NCBI GenBank assembly: GCA_963716725.1
Contig: CAVQUB010000005.1
Coordinates: 448,001-512,000, forward strand
Source: an uncultured delta proteobacterium
GTDB taxonomy: Bacteria; Myxococcota_A; Polyangia; Polyangiales; Polyangiaceae
Length of the DNA: 64,000 bases
Direction of reading: 5' to 3'
Every line of letters begins with the position of its first letter. The stretch's first letter is position 1. Positions 20,782-30,974 of this stretch are shown here, piece by piece. The notes below the pieces were generated by a model that saw only the letters and a program-made list of their open reading frames with translations, ran no database searches and had not been told where the DNA came from. Both the position numbers and the translations under genes were made by a program.

Positions 20782-21561
20782 TCAGCGAACGCCTTCGTCT
20801 TGCTGCTGCGCGTGGTCCAGCACCAAGGCCGAGATCGCGGAGCGGATCTCGTCGGCGCCGCCCACGCGATCGAGGCTGAACTCGAACTGTCCGGCCTGCC
20901 AGTCCAGGATGGCGAGCAGTCCGTCCCGAGACGACAGCGCCGGGCCGTCGCCCTCCATCTCGACGCGAAGCGCGCGGCCCTCCCGCATGAACACCCGCGC
21001 GACGCGGTCGCTGACCACCAGCAAGATCCCGGTCTTGCGTTCTACCGCGAGAAACGACAGAAGCGAGGCTGCCGACACGTTGTCGAGATCGCCGCGCAGT
21101 GTCCCCGCCGTGTCACTCTCCTCCGCCTGCCGCCGTCGCCGCACGACTCGATGCACCCGCATCAGCAGCTCATCGGGGTGGAATGGCTTGGGAATGTAAG
21201 CGTCTACGCCGAGCTGGTAGCCCTTCAATCGCTCCTCGTCGCCGTTGAGCGAGGTCAAGAACACGACGGGCACGCCCCCTAGGTTCGGGCGGGCGCGGAT
21301 CATACGCAGGAGCTGCCAGCCGTCCATGCGCGGCATGTTCACGTCTGTCAGGACCACGTCCGGCGGATCGCTGACGCACATCGACAGCGCTTCGAGTCCG
21401 TCCGAGACCGTCCGGACGCGATCCCCGCGCCGCAAGAAGGGCTCCGCGGAGTACTCGCGCCAGCGCGGATCGTCATCGACGACCAGCACGTCCAGGACCT
21501 CTGGAGCACGCACCGACGCCGGAATGCTCTGCCGGGGGCGAGGGCCGGGTTCGTTGGGCAT
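20782..21561 (-). CDS. Response regulator with C-terminal DUF4388 (PATAN-like) domain
   Basis: VLVVDDD, TDVNMPRMDG, YIPKPF; LRGDL...ERKTGIL...WQAGQFEF. Confidence 0.88.
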   Translation of the reverse strand: MPNEPGPRPRQSIPASVRAPEVLDVLVVDDDPRWREYSAEPFLRRGDRVRTVSDGLEALSMCVSDPPDVVLTDVNMPRMDGWQLLRMIRARPNLGGVPVVFLTSLNGDEERLKGYQLGVDAYIPKPFHPDELLMRVHRVVRRRRQAEESDTAGTLRGDLDNVSAASLLSFLAVERKTGILLVVSDRVARVFMREGRALRVEMEGDGPALSSRDGLLAILDWQAGQFEFSLDRVGGADEIRSAISALVLDHAQQQDEGVR

Positions 21562-21605
21562 CTAAGGGTCGCCCATCTTAACCAAACTCGGGGCTGCTGC
21601 CGAAA

Positions 21606-23126
21606 TCATTGATTCGAGGTCAGGATCCTCAGCTTGAAGCCCAACTCTTGGCTGAGTGCGACCATCTCGCCGAAGACGTCGCCGTAGGCGACGGCCACGT
21701 GGTTCGACAAGAAATGCGCCATCAGATCGTCGCGGGAGACGCCGAGATCCGCTGCCATGAAGGGCCACTGACGCGTGGTGCCTTCCCACCAAGCGTCTCG
21801 CACGGCCGGCGGCAGTCGCACCACCTCACCACGGCCGACGTCCATGCACAGCTCGTTTGCTTTGAGATAGGCCCGGGCCCAGGTGATGACGCCGGGCAGG
21901 CTCTCGCCCGCGAAGGTGCCGCCCGGGACCGGGAAGTAGCCCGCGGGTTGTCGGTAGCTGTGAACGCCCGCGAGCGTGCTCGGGTCGTGATTGAAAGCGT
22001 ACGCGCCGCAGGAGCCGCTGTTGAGCAGCAGCCACAGAAAGCGGCCGTCGTGCTCGGCGCCCCAACGCAGGTCGTGGAACATGACCGCCTGGTGGAGACC
22101 CTTGGCCACCAGCAAGCGTTTCAACATTTCCATCGGCAGGGCGTTGCCCTGATCGGCCTCGGTCGCGCACGCCACGGTGTCACCGTTCGACTCCGGGCGA
22201 CAGGTCGAGTTGAAGAGACCCTCGGCGAAATCACTGGGGGGCCTGAGCGGCAAGAGGCCCAGTTGGTACTGCCAACCCAGGCAGTCGGCTTTGTATTCGG
22301 TGAGTAAGTCCAGCACCGCCAGGTAGTCGCGAAGCTGCTCGCGCGTGGCGTTTTCGTCGAAGTCGGCCGCATCGGCCTCTTTCCAATGAAAGGCCACACC
22401 TTTGTCCACGACGAAACGGAAGGCGTCGTCGATGCGGCGGGCGTCGATGCTCTTGCCGCGGTCGATGATCCACGCTTGATCGATCTTGTGTTCGGCGAAG
22501 CCGTGCTGCGCGAGCAGCCGGGGGCCGAAGTAGCCATTGATCATGCCCATGCTGGTGTCGCCCAGCATCATCAGCAGCGGGTGACGACCACGGATGTTCG
22601 CCGCCACCTCACAGGCCAGCGCCGCCGCCTCGGGGCTCACGGGAGCATGCCGGGCCAGCGCCGACTCGGAGTAGCTCACTTTGCCGGTGGTGCACCACTC
22701 GTCGAGGCGGTCCATGAACGTCGCGTCGCTGCCGAAGTCCTCGGCAGAGGACCAGATCCGGGAGTGCGGCCGCCCCATCGTCTCGAGACACGCTCCGGTG
22801 TTCAGGAGACCCACCAAACCAGGCCACTGGCCACTGAAATTGGAGGCCAGGAGCAGGGGGTTGTCTTTGCCCACGACGCCGTCGCAGGTGTGCGGCCCGT
22901 ACACCCAGTGCACGAACACGCCGATCATCGGATCGGAGATAGGTCCGAGCCTCTCGATGGACTCGTGCGGCTTGGTCAGAAATCCCGGCACTCGATAGGG
23001 CGCGCGTCCGAGCTTCTTCAGCGCGGACTCGAGCTTCTGCGTCGCCGCTTCAACGCTCGGAGCGGCCAGCTCGTTGGGGCGGGCTCGACCGTCACCCGGC
23101 CAGAAGACTGCGACCTGCTTCGCCAT
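21606..23126 (-). CDS. L-fucose/L-arabinose isomerase-like sugar isomerase
   Basis: NFSGQWPGLVGLLN, LGWQYQLGL, EADQG metal-site motif, C-terminal SNHVAVAYG. Confidence 0.7.
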   Translation of the reverse strand: MAKQVAVFWPGDGRARPNELAAPSVEAATQKLESALKKLGRAPYRVPGFLTKPHESIERLGPISDPMIGVFVHWVYGPHTCDGVVGKDNPLLLASNFSGQWPGLVGLLNTGACLETMGRPHSRIWSSAEDFGSDATFMDRLDEWCTTGKVSYSESALARHAPVSPEAAALACEVAANIRGRHPLLMMLGDTSMGMINGYFGPRLLAQHGFAEHKIDQAWIIDRGKSIDARRIDDAFRFVVDKGVAFHWKEADAADFDENATREQLRDYLAVLDLLTEYKADCLGWQYQLGLLPLRPPSDFAEGLFNSTCRPESNGDTVACATEADQGNALPMEMLKRLLVAKGLHQAVMFHDLRWGAEHDGRFLWLLLNSGSCGAYAFNHDPSTLAGVHSYRQPAGYFPVPGGTFAGESLPGVITWARAYLKANELCMDVGRGEVVRLPPAVRDAWWEGTTRQWPFMAADLGVSRDDLMAHFLSNHVAVAYGDVFGEMVALSQELGFKLRILTSNQ

Positions 23127-23141
23127 GCCCCGATCTGTAGC

Positions 23142-24209
23142 TCACTTGGGCGGAGGTGGAATCACCACCGCCTTGGTGGTCACGCCCGCACCGCTGAAGT
23201 CCGCGTTGGGGAAGGCAGTGAGCAGGCAGGCGGTCCCGTCCGAGGTGTCGATTTCGACCAGGTTCCCCTTGCGAGAGAAGCCGTAGACCTTGTCGGCCCA
23301 GGTCGTGATCCCGTACATGCTGCCGTAGGCCGTGTTGGCGGCGTCGGCGCAGCTCGGGTGCTTGACGATCTGCCCGCGCACGGCCTTGGTCACTGGCAAG
23401 ATCGACGCCTTGGCCAGCTTGATGACGTCGATCTCGATCAGCGTATCGGTGGTGTTGCAGTTGCTGGTCGCCGGCGGATTCGGGCAATCGCGTACGGTGG
23501 CGAAGCCGATGGGGTTGCCGTCGTTTTCCACGAAGACGATGTCGCCGGACAGCTCCCAGGCCTTGTTCTGGTGATTGCTCGGATAGACGTGACCGTTGCC
23601 GTCGCTCACCGGCACGTTGCCGAACACTCCGCGCTGGGACAAGCCGCCGTTTTGGTCGATGGCCCACAGTTCACCGGCGGTGTTCCCGGCCACCAGCACC
23701 TCTTCCGTCGCGGAGATCACGCCGACGGGTGCGAAGGTGAGGGCGTAGAACTTCACGTCCAGGGTGGCGCTCAGGGTGATGGATTTGGCGCAGTGCACCA
23801 CCTGGGTCGAGACGTCGAGCTGGTGAACCTGAGTGTGGCTGATGCCCCAGAGCTTGCCGTCTTTGTCCACCGCCACGTCGGTCATCGCCGGATCTTGTCC
23901 GCTCGCGCCCACGCAGTCGAAGTCGCCCAGCTGTTCGAGAGCGGGGGTCGCCGCGGTCGGATCGATGCGGAACAAGGTCGTGTCCGTGTGCACGTAGACG
24001 ATCGACGGGCTGCCTGCGGAACCGTCCCCGCCCGAGTCGATGACCAGCCCACCTGAGCCCCCGCCCGAGCCTCCGCCCGAGCCTCCGCCCGAGCCCCCGC
24101 TGCCCGCGTCCGGCCCCACACCCCCGCCCCCGCCTTCGCCTGCGGCGCAAGCTGCGAGCAACACTCCGAGCGCGAACGACGGCGAGAGCAGGGAAAACCA
24201 ACGACGCAT
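23142..24209 (-). CDS. Lipoprotein with Gly-rich linker and beta-propeller-like domain
   Basis: LLAAC lipobox; MTDVAVDKDGKLWG; SGDIV; GAGVTTKA C-terminus. Confidence 0.7.
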   Translation of the reverse strand: MRRWFSLLSPSFALGVLLAACAAGEGGGGGVGPDAGSGGSGGGSGGGSGGGSGGLVIDSGGDGSAGSPSIVYVHTDTTLFRIDPTAATPALEQLGDFDCVGASGQDPAMTDVAVDKDGKLWGISHTQVHQLDVSTQVVHCAKSITLSATLDVKFYALTFAPVGVISATEEVLVAGNTAGELWAIDQNGGLSQRGVFGNVPVSDGNGHVYPSNHQNKAWELSGDIVFVENDGNPIGFATVRDCPNPPATSNCNTTDTLIEIDVIKLAKASILPVTKAVRGQIVKHPSCADAANTAYGSMYGITTWADKVYGFSRKGNLVEIDTSDGTACLLTAFPNADFSGAGVTTKAVVIPPPPK

Positions 24210-24253
24210 GCCGCGAACCCTGGCAGCGAGCCGGCCGCGGTGCAAGGCGACTG

Positions 24254-25931
24254 TCAGCCCTCGTAGACTTCGTCTTGCTCGATGCGTGAGAGCACCCAGT
24301 CGAACTGGCCGGAGGTGAGCTTGACCTGGCAGTGCCCGCATTGGCCGGCTGCGTTGATGGCCAGGGGCGCGCCGCAACTTGGGCACGCCGCGTCAGTGCG
24401 GGCCGGGCCCTTGGCGCCGCTGGCCCGGATCAACGTCCAGTACTCGGTGTACTCGCGGTCCCGGTTGCGATCGCCGCCCACCACGACGCCGTCGGCGTCA
24501 CGGATGGTGTAGTCGCGCCCGGCCGCAAACAAGCGCACCGTGATCGCATCGAACCAGCGGTCACTGGTCAAGCGTGCGAACTCGAGCCGCCCGATGCGTG
24601 GGTTGTCCATCATGTTGCGCAGGCCGGACTTGCGGTAGGCGTCGATCCAGTAGGTCTGCGCCGTCCACAGGTTGTCGCTGAGGTAGGGCCGGGCTTGATC
24701 CCAGGCCAGTGACGACCACGCGACCTGCATGGTCTGGAACACGAGGCCGACCCGGGCCAAGAACGCGTTCTGATCGAAGCTGGGGTCGCGCTGTTGGAGT
24801 GCCGAGAGCGCGGCCGAGAGCCCCGCGTCGATGTGCGTCGGCAGATCGCTGCCTTGCTCTTCGGTCGTGCCCGTGAGCATGGGCGGTCGCGCTTCGCGCT
24901 CGAGCACCGAGATGTTGCTGACCACCCAGTCGAAGGCGCCCGTGTCCACCACCGCCTGGCAATAGCCGCAGGTCGAGCCCACGACGCGATCGAGGGGGCC
25001 GCCGCAGTTGGGACAGGAAAACACGCGCACCCGATCGGGAGGGCGGCTCTTGGCCTCGGCCTTTCGGGTCAGCACCCACGACTCGCGCAGCCACGAGCTC
25101 TGGGGCGCAGCCCCCGACGGCGTTTCGGTGAAGTTCGCCTCGAACTCGATCACGACCCGAGCCCCGTTCGCGCCCACCTGCACCGAGTCGTAGCGCATCG
25201 AACCGACCACGACGGTCGTGACCGGGATCTGCCCCAGTGCGGCCAGGGGCCTGCGCGCGCTCTCTTGCAGATAGGGCGCCAGAGTGTCCAGCTTGCCCGC
25301 GCCCCGTGCGGTGTGGGCTTCCGCGTACAGCGCGTACGCAAAGTCCTCGAAGCTCACGATGGAGAAATCCGGGTCGTTCGCCTTCAGAGCCTCGAGCTTC
25401 GAGCGTGCCGAGTCGACCGTCCGCGGGGGCGGCGGAGCTGGCAGTGCTCCAGCCCTTGGGCTTCCGCAGCCAACGCAGGAAGAGCACCCCTCCGAGACCG
25501 AACATGGCGGTGGCTATCACGCCAACAAAGCCCAGGAAGCTGAGGGCCACGATGCTGGCTTCGCGCTCGTTGTTGCCACGGATGCGGGTCGCCGCCGGTC
25601 GGGGTGGGACGCCGCCGTAGACCGACGGCGCACCGAGCGTCCAAGACGTGGCGCGCTCTTTCCCGCTGCCCACCCGGTACGTGTAGACCGGCTGCGCCGG
25701 CGCGCTAGGAGTCGAGCTGCCGCTCTTGGTCGAGGAGCCCGAGCTGGAGCTGCTGCGTGACGAGCTCGAGGAGGAGCGCGAGGACGAGGACGAGGACGAG
25801 GAAGACGAGCGCGATGACGAGGACGAGCTGCTCTTGAAGGTGCTGCCTCCTCCCGGCCGCGCCTCGGAGGAGCCCGAGGAGCTGCCGAGCACGAGCAAGA
25901 CGACCGCGGCACACACCGGGGCGCGCATCAC
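24254..25931 (-). CDS. Membrane-anchored double Tim44-like-domain protein with two zinc ribbons (apparent frameshift near 25443)
   Basis: ARPGGG + poly-Ser, then a TM. Second frame reads LKANDPDFSIVSFED...ESWVL, CPNCGG..CGYC, RDPSFD...TEYWTL, CPSCGA..CGHC, DWVLSRIEQ. Confidence 0.8.
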
Positions 25932-26554
25932 GACACCATCCCGTCGGGCAGCTCGTTCACGTCGTCGTCGGCGCGTGGCAGCTCCCGAGCCAAGGGGGCG
26001 GCCATCTGCAGCAGCCCCTGCTCGAGCTGCCGTATACCGTCACCCCGAATCGCCGCCGTCACCTCGACCACGGCCTTGCCAAACTCAACGCCGAGCTTCT
26101 TGGCGTCGACACCCACATCGGGCACCACCTCGACCATGCGCTCGAAGAGCGACACGTAGATCAAGATGCCGGTGCGGGCCGAGGTCCCGTCGATGCGCTG
26201 CTCGTGGAAGGCCGTCAGCGCCGCGCGGCGCACATTGTCGCGGAGCGTGCTGCCTCTGACGAACCTGCGCCGGAGGGCGGGCACCTGCGCGCAGAAGAAC
26301 GCCGCGCATGCGTAGAGCACGAGCAGGGCCGGGGGAACGGCGTCGTCGGCGAACTCGGCGGGGTGGTACACGTAGACGAAGAGGCCGAGCCCGGCGACGA
26401 GGGAAGCGAAGCTCAGATCGGCGGCCCGATAGTGCCCGGAGCTCTGCCGGACCGTGACCACCAGCTCCGCGGAGGTCTGCGCCTCGAGCGCGACCACGGC
26501 GCGCTCCACGCGCGTCTTCGCATCGTTACCCAACCAGTCGTGGTCGCCCGCCAT
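25928..26554 (-). CDS. TPM-domain membrane protein
   Basis: LEAQTSAELVV, RTGILIYVSLFERMVEVVPD, DVNELPD. Confidence 0.85.
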   Translation of the reverse strand: MAGDHDWLGNDAKTRVERAVVALEAQTSAELVVTVRQSSGHYRAADLSFASLVAGLGLFVYVYHPAEFADDAVPPALLVLYACAAFFCAQVPALRRRFVRGSTLRDNVRRAALTAFHEQRIDGTSARTGILIYVSLFERMVEVVPDVGVDAKKLGVEFGKAVVEVTAAIRGDGIRQLEQGLLQMAAPLARELPRADDDVNELPDGMVS

Positions 26555-27285
26555 CAGCTCGGCCCTCCCTCGACTTTGACGTTGGGCATGTGTTGCTTGA
26601 AGCCGGCGGTCAGCGCCTTCTGCAGGTTCCACTGCAAATCGAACTCGACCTCGAAGGCGGTGGCGCCGTCGAGCTTCTCGTCGCTCTCAGCTTGTACGCG
26701 AAAGCCTCCTACGCGGCGCTTGTTCGCCAGATCGAAGGCGAGCACCTCGGCGTCGACGAATCCTCCGTCGAACTCCGGGCGCACCGCCCCGCTCCGACCC
26801 ACCGACGGGCGAGCGAACCCGCGAGTGCGGATCACGAACACGAAGTCGAGCTTCTCGCACAGGTCGAAGTACTTCGTGCCCGAGTACCCGGTCCCGGACG
26901 CCGGTGCCGCCTCGGGATGCCGCGGGTCCCACGGCTGCCGCTCGGTGTGCACCAAGGCCGAGCAGGTGTTGACGACGTCGCTGCCGGCGACGCGTGCGTA
27001 CACCAAGCCGAGCTCGTCGAGCTCCCTCAGATCCTCCACGTAGAGCAGCGCTGCGTTGGCGGCGCCCGGTGTGCCGGACTTCATGTAGATGGTGGCTCGG
27101 AGATCCACCGGCTCGTCCTTGTCGAGCAGCGGCGTCTTCGCGGTCTCTTCGGCCAAGCCCCGCACCAGGGCGAGCTTCTGCTCGACGCCTGGACCCCGTT
27201 CCTTCACGACCTCGTCGATGTACGGCCCGCAGCCGGCCGTCATCGCGCACCCTCCCCACAAAAGCAGAGTTTGGAGTCTCGTCAC
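26554..27285 (-). CDS. Hypothetical lipoprotein
   Basis: GTG overlaps the SBP stop; signal peptide ends MTAGC; coupled to the TPM gene. Confidence 0.65.
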   Translation of the reverse strand: MTRLQTLLLWGGCAMTAGCGPYIDEVVKERGPGVEQKLALVRGLAEETAKTPLLDKDEPVDLRATIYMKSGTPGAANAALLYVEDLRELDELGLVYARVAGSDVVNTCSALVHTERQPWDPRHPEAAPASGTGYSGTKYFDLCEKLDFVFVIRTRGFARPSVGRSGAVRPEFDGGFVDAEVLAFDLANKRRVGGFRVQAESDEKLDGATAFEVEFDLQWNLQKALTAGFKQHMPNVKVEGGPS

Positions 27286-28268
27286 GGAATGGCCTCGCCT
27301 CCGGTTCTTGCGTTGTCTTTGGTGAAGGCACGGGTTCCCAGCACTTGCTTCTTGGGCACGCTCTTGCCGCCGAGTAGCTGGAGCGCCGAGTCGATGGCCT
27401 CGGTGCCGCCGGTCGGATAGAGAAACGTTGCGTCGAGGAGGCCCTGCTTCACGTATTCGACGCCTTCGTGGGGGAGGGCGTCGATGCCGATCAGCTTCAT
27501 CTCCTTTTCGCGGTTCGCCGCCTTGGCTGCCAGGTACGCGCCGTGGGCGCCGGGATCGTTGTGGGCGTAGACCAGATCGATCTTCTTTTGGGTGGTGAGC
27601 GCCGACTCCATCTCTTTGCGGGCGTTCGGCTCGAGCCACTGCATGTCGGCCTCGAAGACCAGCTTCAGGTCCGGGTTCTTGTCGAGATCGAGCCCTTCGC
27701 GAAAGCCTTTGTTCCGGTCCTGCCCCGGGGTGCTGGTCATCAGCCCCTTGAGCTCCACGATCAGGCCCTTGCCGCCCAGGGCCTTCACTGCCCACTTGCC
27801 CGCTTCACGCCCGATCTTGAGGTTGTCGGCGCCGATGAAGGTCGTGTAGGCGTCGCCTTGAACCGCCCGGTCGAGCACGATCACGTGGATCTTCTGGTTG
27901 TAGGCCTCGGCCACGGGCTGAGTGAGCGGCGCCGCCTCCTTCGGGCTGATGATCAAGAGATCGATCTTCTGCGCGACGAGCTCTTCGACCTGGGCCCGCT
28001 GCCGGAGCGAGTCGTTCTGCGCGTCTTTGAACACGACCTTCAGGTTTGGGTGTTTCTCCGCCGCCTTCTTCACGTCCTCGTTCATCTGCACGCGCCAGGG
28101 CTCGCCCAGGTTGCACTGGCTCATGCCGATCAGCCACGGGCTCTCGGCGGTCCCACGCTTCGAAGCGGCGCTCGCGGCTGGTCCCGCGTCGCTCCTTGCC
28201 GGCTCTTTGCACGACGCCGCCACGAGTACGGCGGAAAGCGCGATGGCTGCCCTCGAGACTGCCGACAT
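27282..28268 (-). CDS. Sugar ABC transporter substrate-binding lipoprotein (RbsB/PBP1 fold)
   Basis: VAASC lipobox; IDLLIISPKEAAPL, VIVLDR, IGADN, AHND, IGIDA. Confidence 0.92.
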   Translation of the reverse strand: MSAVSRAAIALSAVLVAASCKEPARSDAGPAASAASKRGTAESPWLIGMSQCNLGEPWRVQMNEDVKKAAEKHPNLKVVFKDAQNDSLRQRAQVEELVAQKIDLLIISPKEAAPLTQPVAEAYNQKIHVIVLDRAVQGDAYTTFIGADNLKIGREAGKWAVKALGGKGLIVELKGLMTSTPGQDRNKGFREGLDLDKNPDLKLVFEADMQWLEPNARKEMESALTTQKKIDLVYAHNDPGAHGAYLAAKAANREKEMKLIGIDALPHEGVEYVKQGLLDATFLYPTGGTEAIDSALQLLGGKSVPKKQVLGTRAFTKDNARTGGEAIP

Positions 28269-28311
28269 GAAGGCGGACGCTAGCACGCAGCGATTCTGGT
28301 AGGATCTCGGG

Positions 28312-29784
28312 ATGTACCGCGTCCTCGCGCTCCTTTTCGTAGCTGGCGGGTTCACTGCATGTGGGGGCTCCGACGAGAGCAAATCGAGCGCTGGCGGAGG
28401 GACGGGCGGCACCGTCGCGACCGGCGGCACCGTCGCGACCGGCGGTTCCGGTGGGTCGGGGACGGGCGGCAGCTCGGGGGTTGGCGGAGACGCGGGCACC
28501 GACGCGGGGTGCACGCCCGCGAGTTGTGCCGCGCCCGGACACGCCTGCGTCGCCGGTGCTTGCGTCGAGGACTGCCGCGCCCCCGGCGCGAACGCTTGCG
28601 ATACGGGCAAGGTGTGTCACGTCGGGAGCGACAACCCAGGCAAGTGCGTGGCGACCGGCAGCGCCTGCGTGATCAGTTCTGTTCCGGCCGCATGCTCGGG
28701 GCCGAACGGGACCGTGACCTGCGGGCCGGGAACCCGTTGTGACGGCGAAGGCGTGTGTTATCCGGCGCTGCCCTGCGCGTCGATGCAATGCCAAGGCGGC
28801 GTCTGTCACGGCACCGAGTGCGAGTGCACGAGGCCCGCGCCAACCTGCACGCCCGCGCCTCTGGGCAAGCCGGGCGACGCCGGCACGCTCAACGACTTCA
28901 AGTTCTCGCGCTGCGGTTCGGTCTCGAGCTGCGACGGTGGCATCTTCGATCTCGACTTCGACCAGAAGTGCAACGCCTACGGCGTGACCATGATCTCGGG
29001 TACCGATTACTTGAGGAAGATCGCGCCCTCGGGGACGGTCACCGAGAATGCCGGCGTCACGAACCTCAACATGGGCGAGGTCGCTGCCATCCAGGGCAAG
29101 GGTGGCCTCTTCGGCGGCGGCCTCCAAGACGTGGCGCTGACCTACATCTGCTGCGCGACCTGCGGCTGCGTGCTCTCGGGATCCGGCGGCAACCCTCAGG
29201 GCGTCGCGTCGGTCGACACTTCGAACGGCTCGCTGCCGATGAAGATCCCGACCGTCAACTTCAGCTCTGGCGCGGGGCCCTTCGGCGATTCCCAGATCGA
29301 CACCGGGCCCTACGGCCTGACCTGGGGCCTCGATCAGGTGCTTTACGTGGGCAATGTCGACGCCAACGGCGACTACCACGCGCTGGACCTGAGCACGCAG
29401 ACCAAGAAGGTGGTCGCGACCTTTGCGAAGCGCGTGATCGCCAGCGCACCCTTCGACACGACGCGCATGATGGTGGGCCTCGAGGGTGGAGAGGTCCAGC
29501 TCGTCCCCGTGCTTGGCAAGACCGGCACGCCGAAGACGTTGATCAAGCTCGCGACCCACATGACCAGCCTGGTCCGCGATCCCTGGAGTGGCCGGATCTA
29601 CACCGAGCTCAGCGACAAGAGCATCGTGTCCTTCGCCGAAGACGGATCGGATCTGAAGCCTTTTCAGACCGCGCCTGCCCTCGGGCGGATCGCCATCGCG
29701 CCCGACGGACACGTCTATCACTTGACCCTCGGTTGGCCGACCAAGGCCGAGATCGTGCGCTGGCCGCTGCCGACCACGCTGTGA
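28312..29784 (+). CDS. Cys-rich lipoprotein with Gly/Thr linker and beta-propeller-like C-terminus
   Basis: FTAC lipobox; many Cys; repeated propeller-like blades (GPYGLTWG, IAIAPDG). Confidence 0.7.
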   Translation: MYRVLALLFVAGGFTACGGSDESKSSAGGGTGGTVATGGTVATGGSGGSGTGGSSGVGGDAGTDAGCTPASCAAPGHACVAGACVEDCRAPGANACDTGKVCHVGSDNPGKCVATGSACVISSVPAACSGPNGTVTCGPGTRCDGEGVCYPALPCASMQCQGGVCHGTECECTRPAPTCTPAPLGKPGDAGTLNDFKFSRCGSVSSCDGGIFDLDFDQKCNAYGVTMISGTDYLRKIAPSGTVTENAGVTNLNMGEVAAIQGKGGLFGGGLQDVALTYICCATCGCVLSGSGGNPQGVASVDTSNGSLPMKIPTVNFSSGAGPFGDSQIDTGPYGLTWGLDQVLYVGNVDANGDYHALDLSTQTKKVVATFAKRVIASAPFDTTRMMVGLEGGEVQLVPVLGKTGTPKTLIKLATHMTSLVRDPWSGRIYTELSDKSIVSFAEDGSDLKPFQTAPALGRIAIAPDGHVYHLTLGWPTKAEIVRWPLPTTL

Positions 29785-29849
29785 TCACCGCGCAGGCCGC
29801 GCGCTGCCACCCGGATCGGCGAGCGCACCCGTGCTACGCTCGCGGCGCG

Positions 29850-30419
29850 ATGGTGCTGCCCGCTCCGCTCCACAACTACTCCTACGCGGACTACACCGCT
29901 TTGGAAGAGCGCAGCCCGGTGCGGCACGAGTTCGTCTCCGGGGAAATCTACGCCATGGCCGGCGGCACACCGGAACACGCGGCGCTCGGAGCAGCGGTGC
30001 TCCGCCACCTGGGAAACCAGCTGCCGGCGGGCTGTCGCGCGTACACGTCCGACCTGCGCGTTCGCGTCGCCGCCAGCGACGTCACGACCTACCCGGATGG
30101 CGCGGTGGTTTGCGGGAAGACCATTCGCGCGGCCGACGATGCGATGGCGGTGACGAACCCCGTCGTGTTGATCGAGGTCACGAGCCCGTCGACCGAGGCC
30201 TACGACCAGGGCGCGAAACTGGAGTTCTACAAAACCCTCCCCAGTGTTCGAGAGGTCTTGATTCTGTCTCACCACGGTCCGCGCGCGACCTTGCACCGCC
30301 GGGGTCAGGATGGGGCGTGGACCGTCCACGAAGCGGTACAGGGCGGGGTCATCGAGGTCCAGTCCGTGGGCGCGTCGCTCGCGATGGACGAGGTCTACCG
30401 GGACTTCGCAGCGGATTGA
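29850..30419 (+). CDS. Uma2 (DUF820) family PD-(D/E)xK putative endonuclease
   Basis: HEFVSGEIYAMAGGTPEH, YPDGAVVC, NPVVLIEVTSPSTEAYD. Confidence 0.93.
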   Translation: MVLPAPLHNYSYADYTALEERSPVRHEFVSGEIYAMAGGTPEHAALGAAVLRHLGNQLPAGCRAYTSDLRVRVAASDVTTYPDGAVVCGKTIRAADDAMAVTNPVVLIEVTSPSTEAYDQGAKLEFYKTLPSVREVLILSHHGPRATLHRRGQDGAWTVHEAVQGGVIEVQSVGASLAMDEVYRDFAAD

Positions 30420-30799
30420 GGCCGCGCGACCACCAGCACGTTCCCGTCGGGATCGGCGAAGTACGCGGCTTCGTCCCCCCAGGGGCGCGGCGCCAGGGCG
30501 GACAACTCGCGCGCACCCGCGCGCTTCAGTCGGTCCACGCAGGCCGGCACGTCGTCCGCGTAGAAGTACAGCTCCGTGGCCGCGAGCCGCCCCGCGGCGA
30601 CCAGCTCGGGCACCTGCCCCGTGTTGTGTCCGAAGGCGTTGCGCTCGTAGAGCCCGAGGCGCATGCCGCCGGGCAGCTCGTGCTCGACGTACACCGGCAC
30701 CTGCACGCTGCGCGGCCAGCCGAAGGCCTCGGCGTAGAAGCGCTTGGACCGCTCGAGATCGCTGACGGCGAGGATGGTGAGCACGTGGCGCGCGGTCAT
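30395..30799 (-). CDS. VOC/glyoxalase family protein
   Basis: LAVSDLERSKRFY, RPWGDEAAYFADPDGNVL. Confidence 0.9.
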   Translation of the reverse strand: MTARHVLTILAVSDLERSKRFYAEAFGWPRSVQVPVYVEHELPGGMRLGLYERNAFGHNTGQVPELVAAGRLAATELYFYADDVPACVDRLKRAGARELSALAPRPWGDEAAYFADPDGNVLVVARPQSAAKSR

Positions 30800-30974
30800 G
30801 GCGCTGGCATAGCCCGAGCGGCGGCGCGGGTGAAGAGGCGCGCCCGGGCCCCGACACGTTGACCTGTTGGACTCGCGGCCGGATGCGGCTGCTCGTCCAC
30901 GGGGCCTTCGCGCTGCTCGCGCTGATCCAGTTGAGCGCCGGCTGCGGGACAGCGGGACCTTCACCCACCACCTT

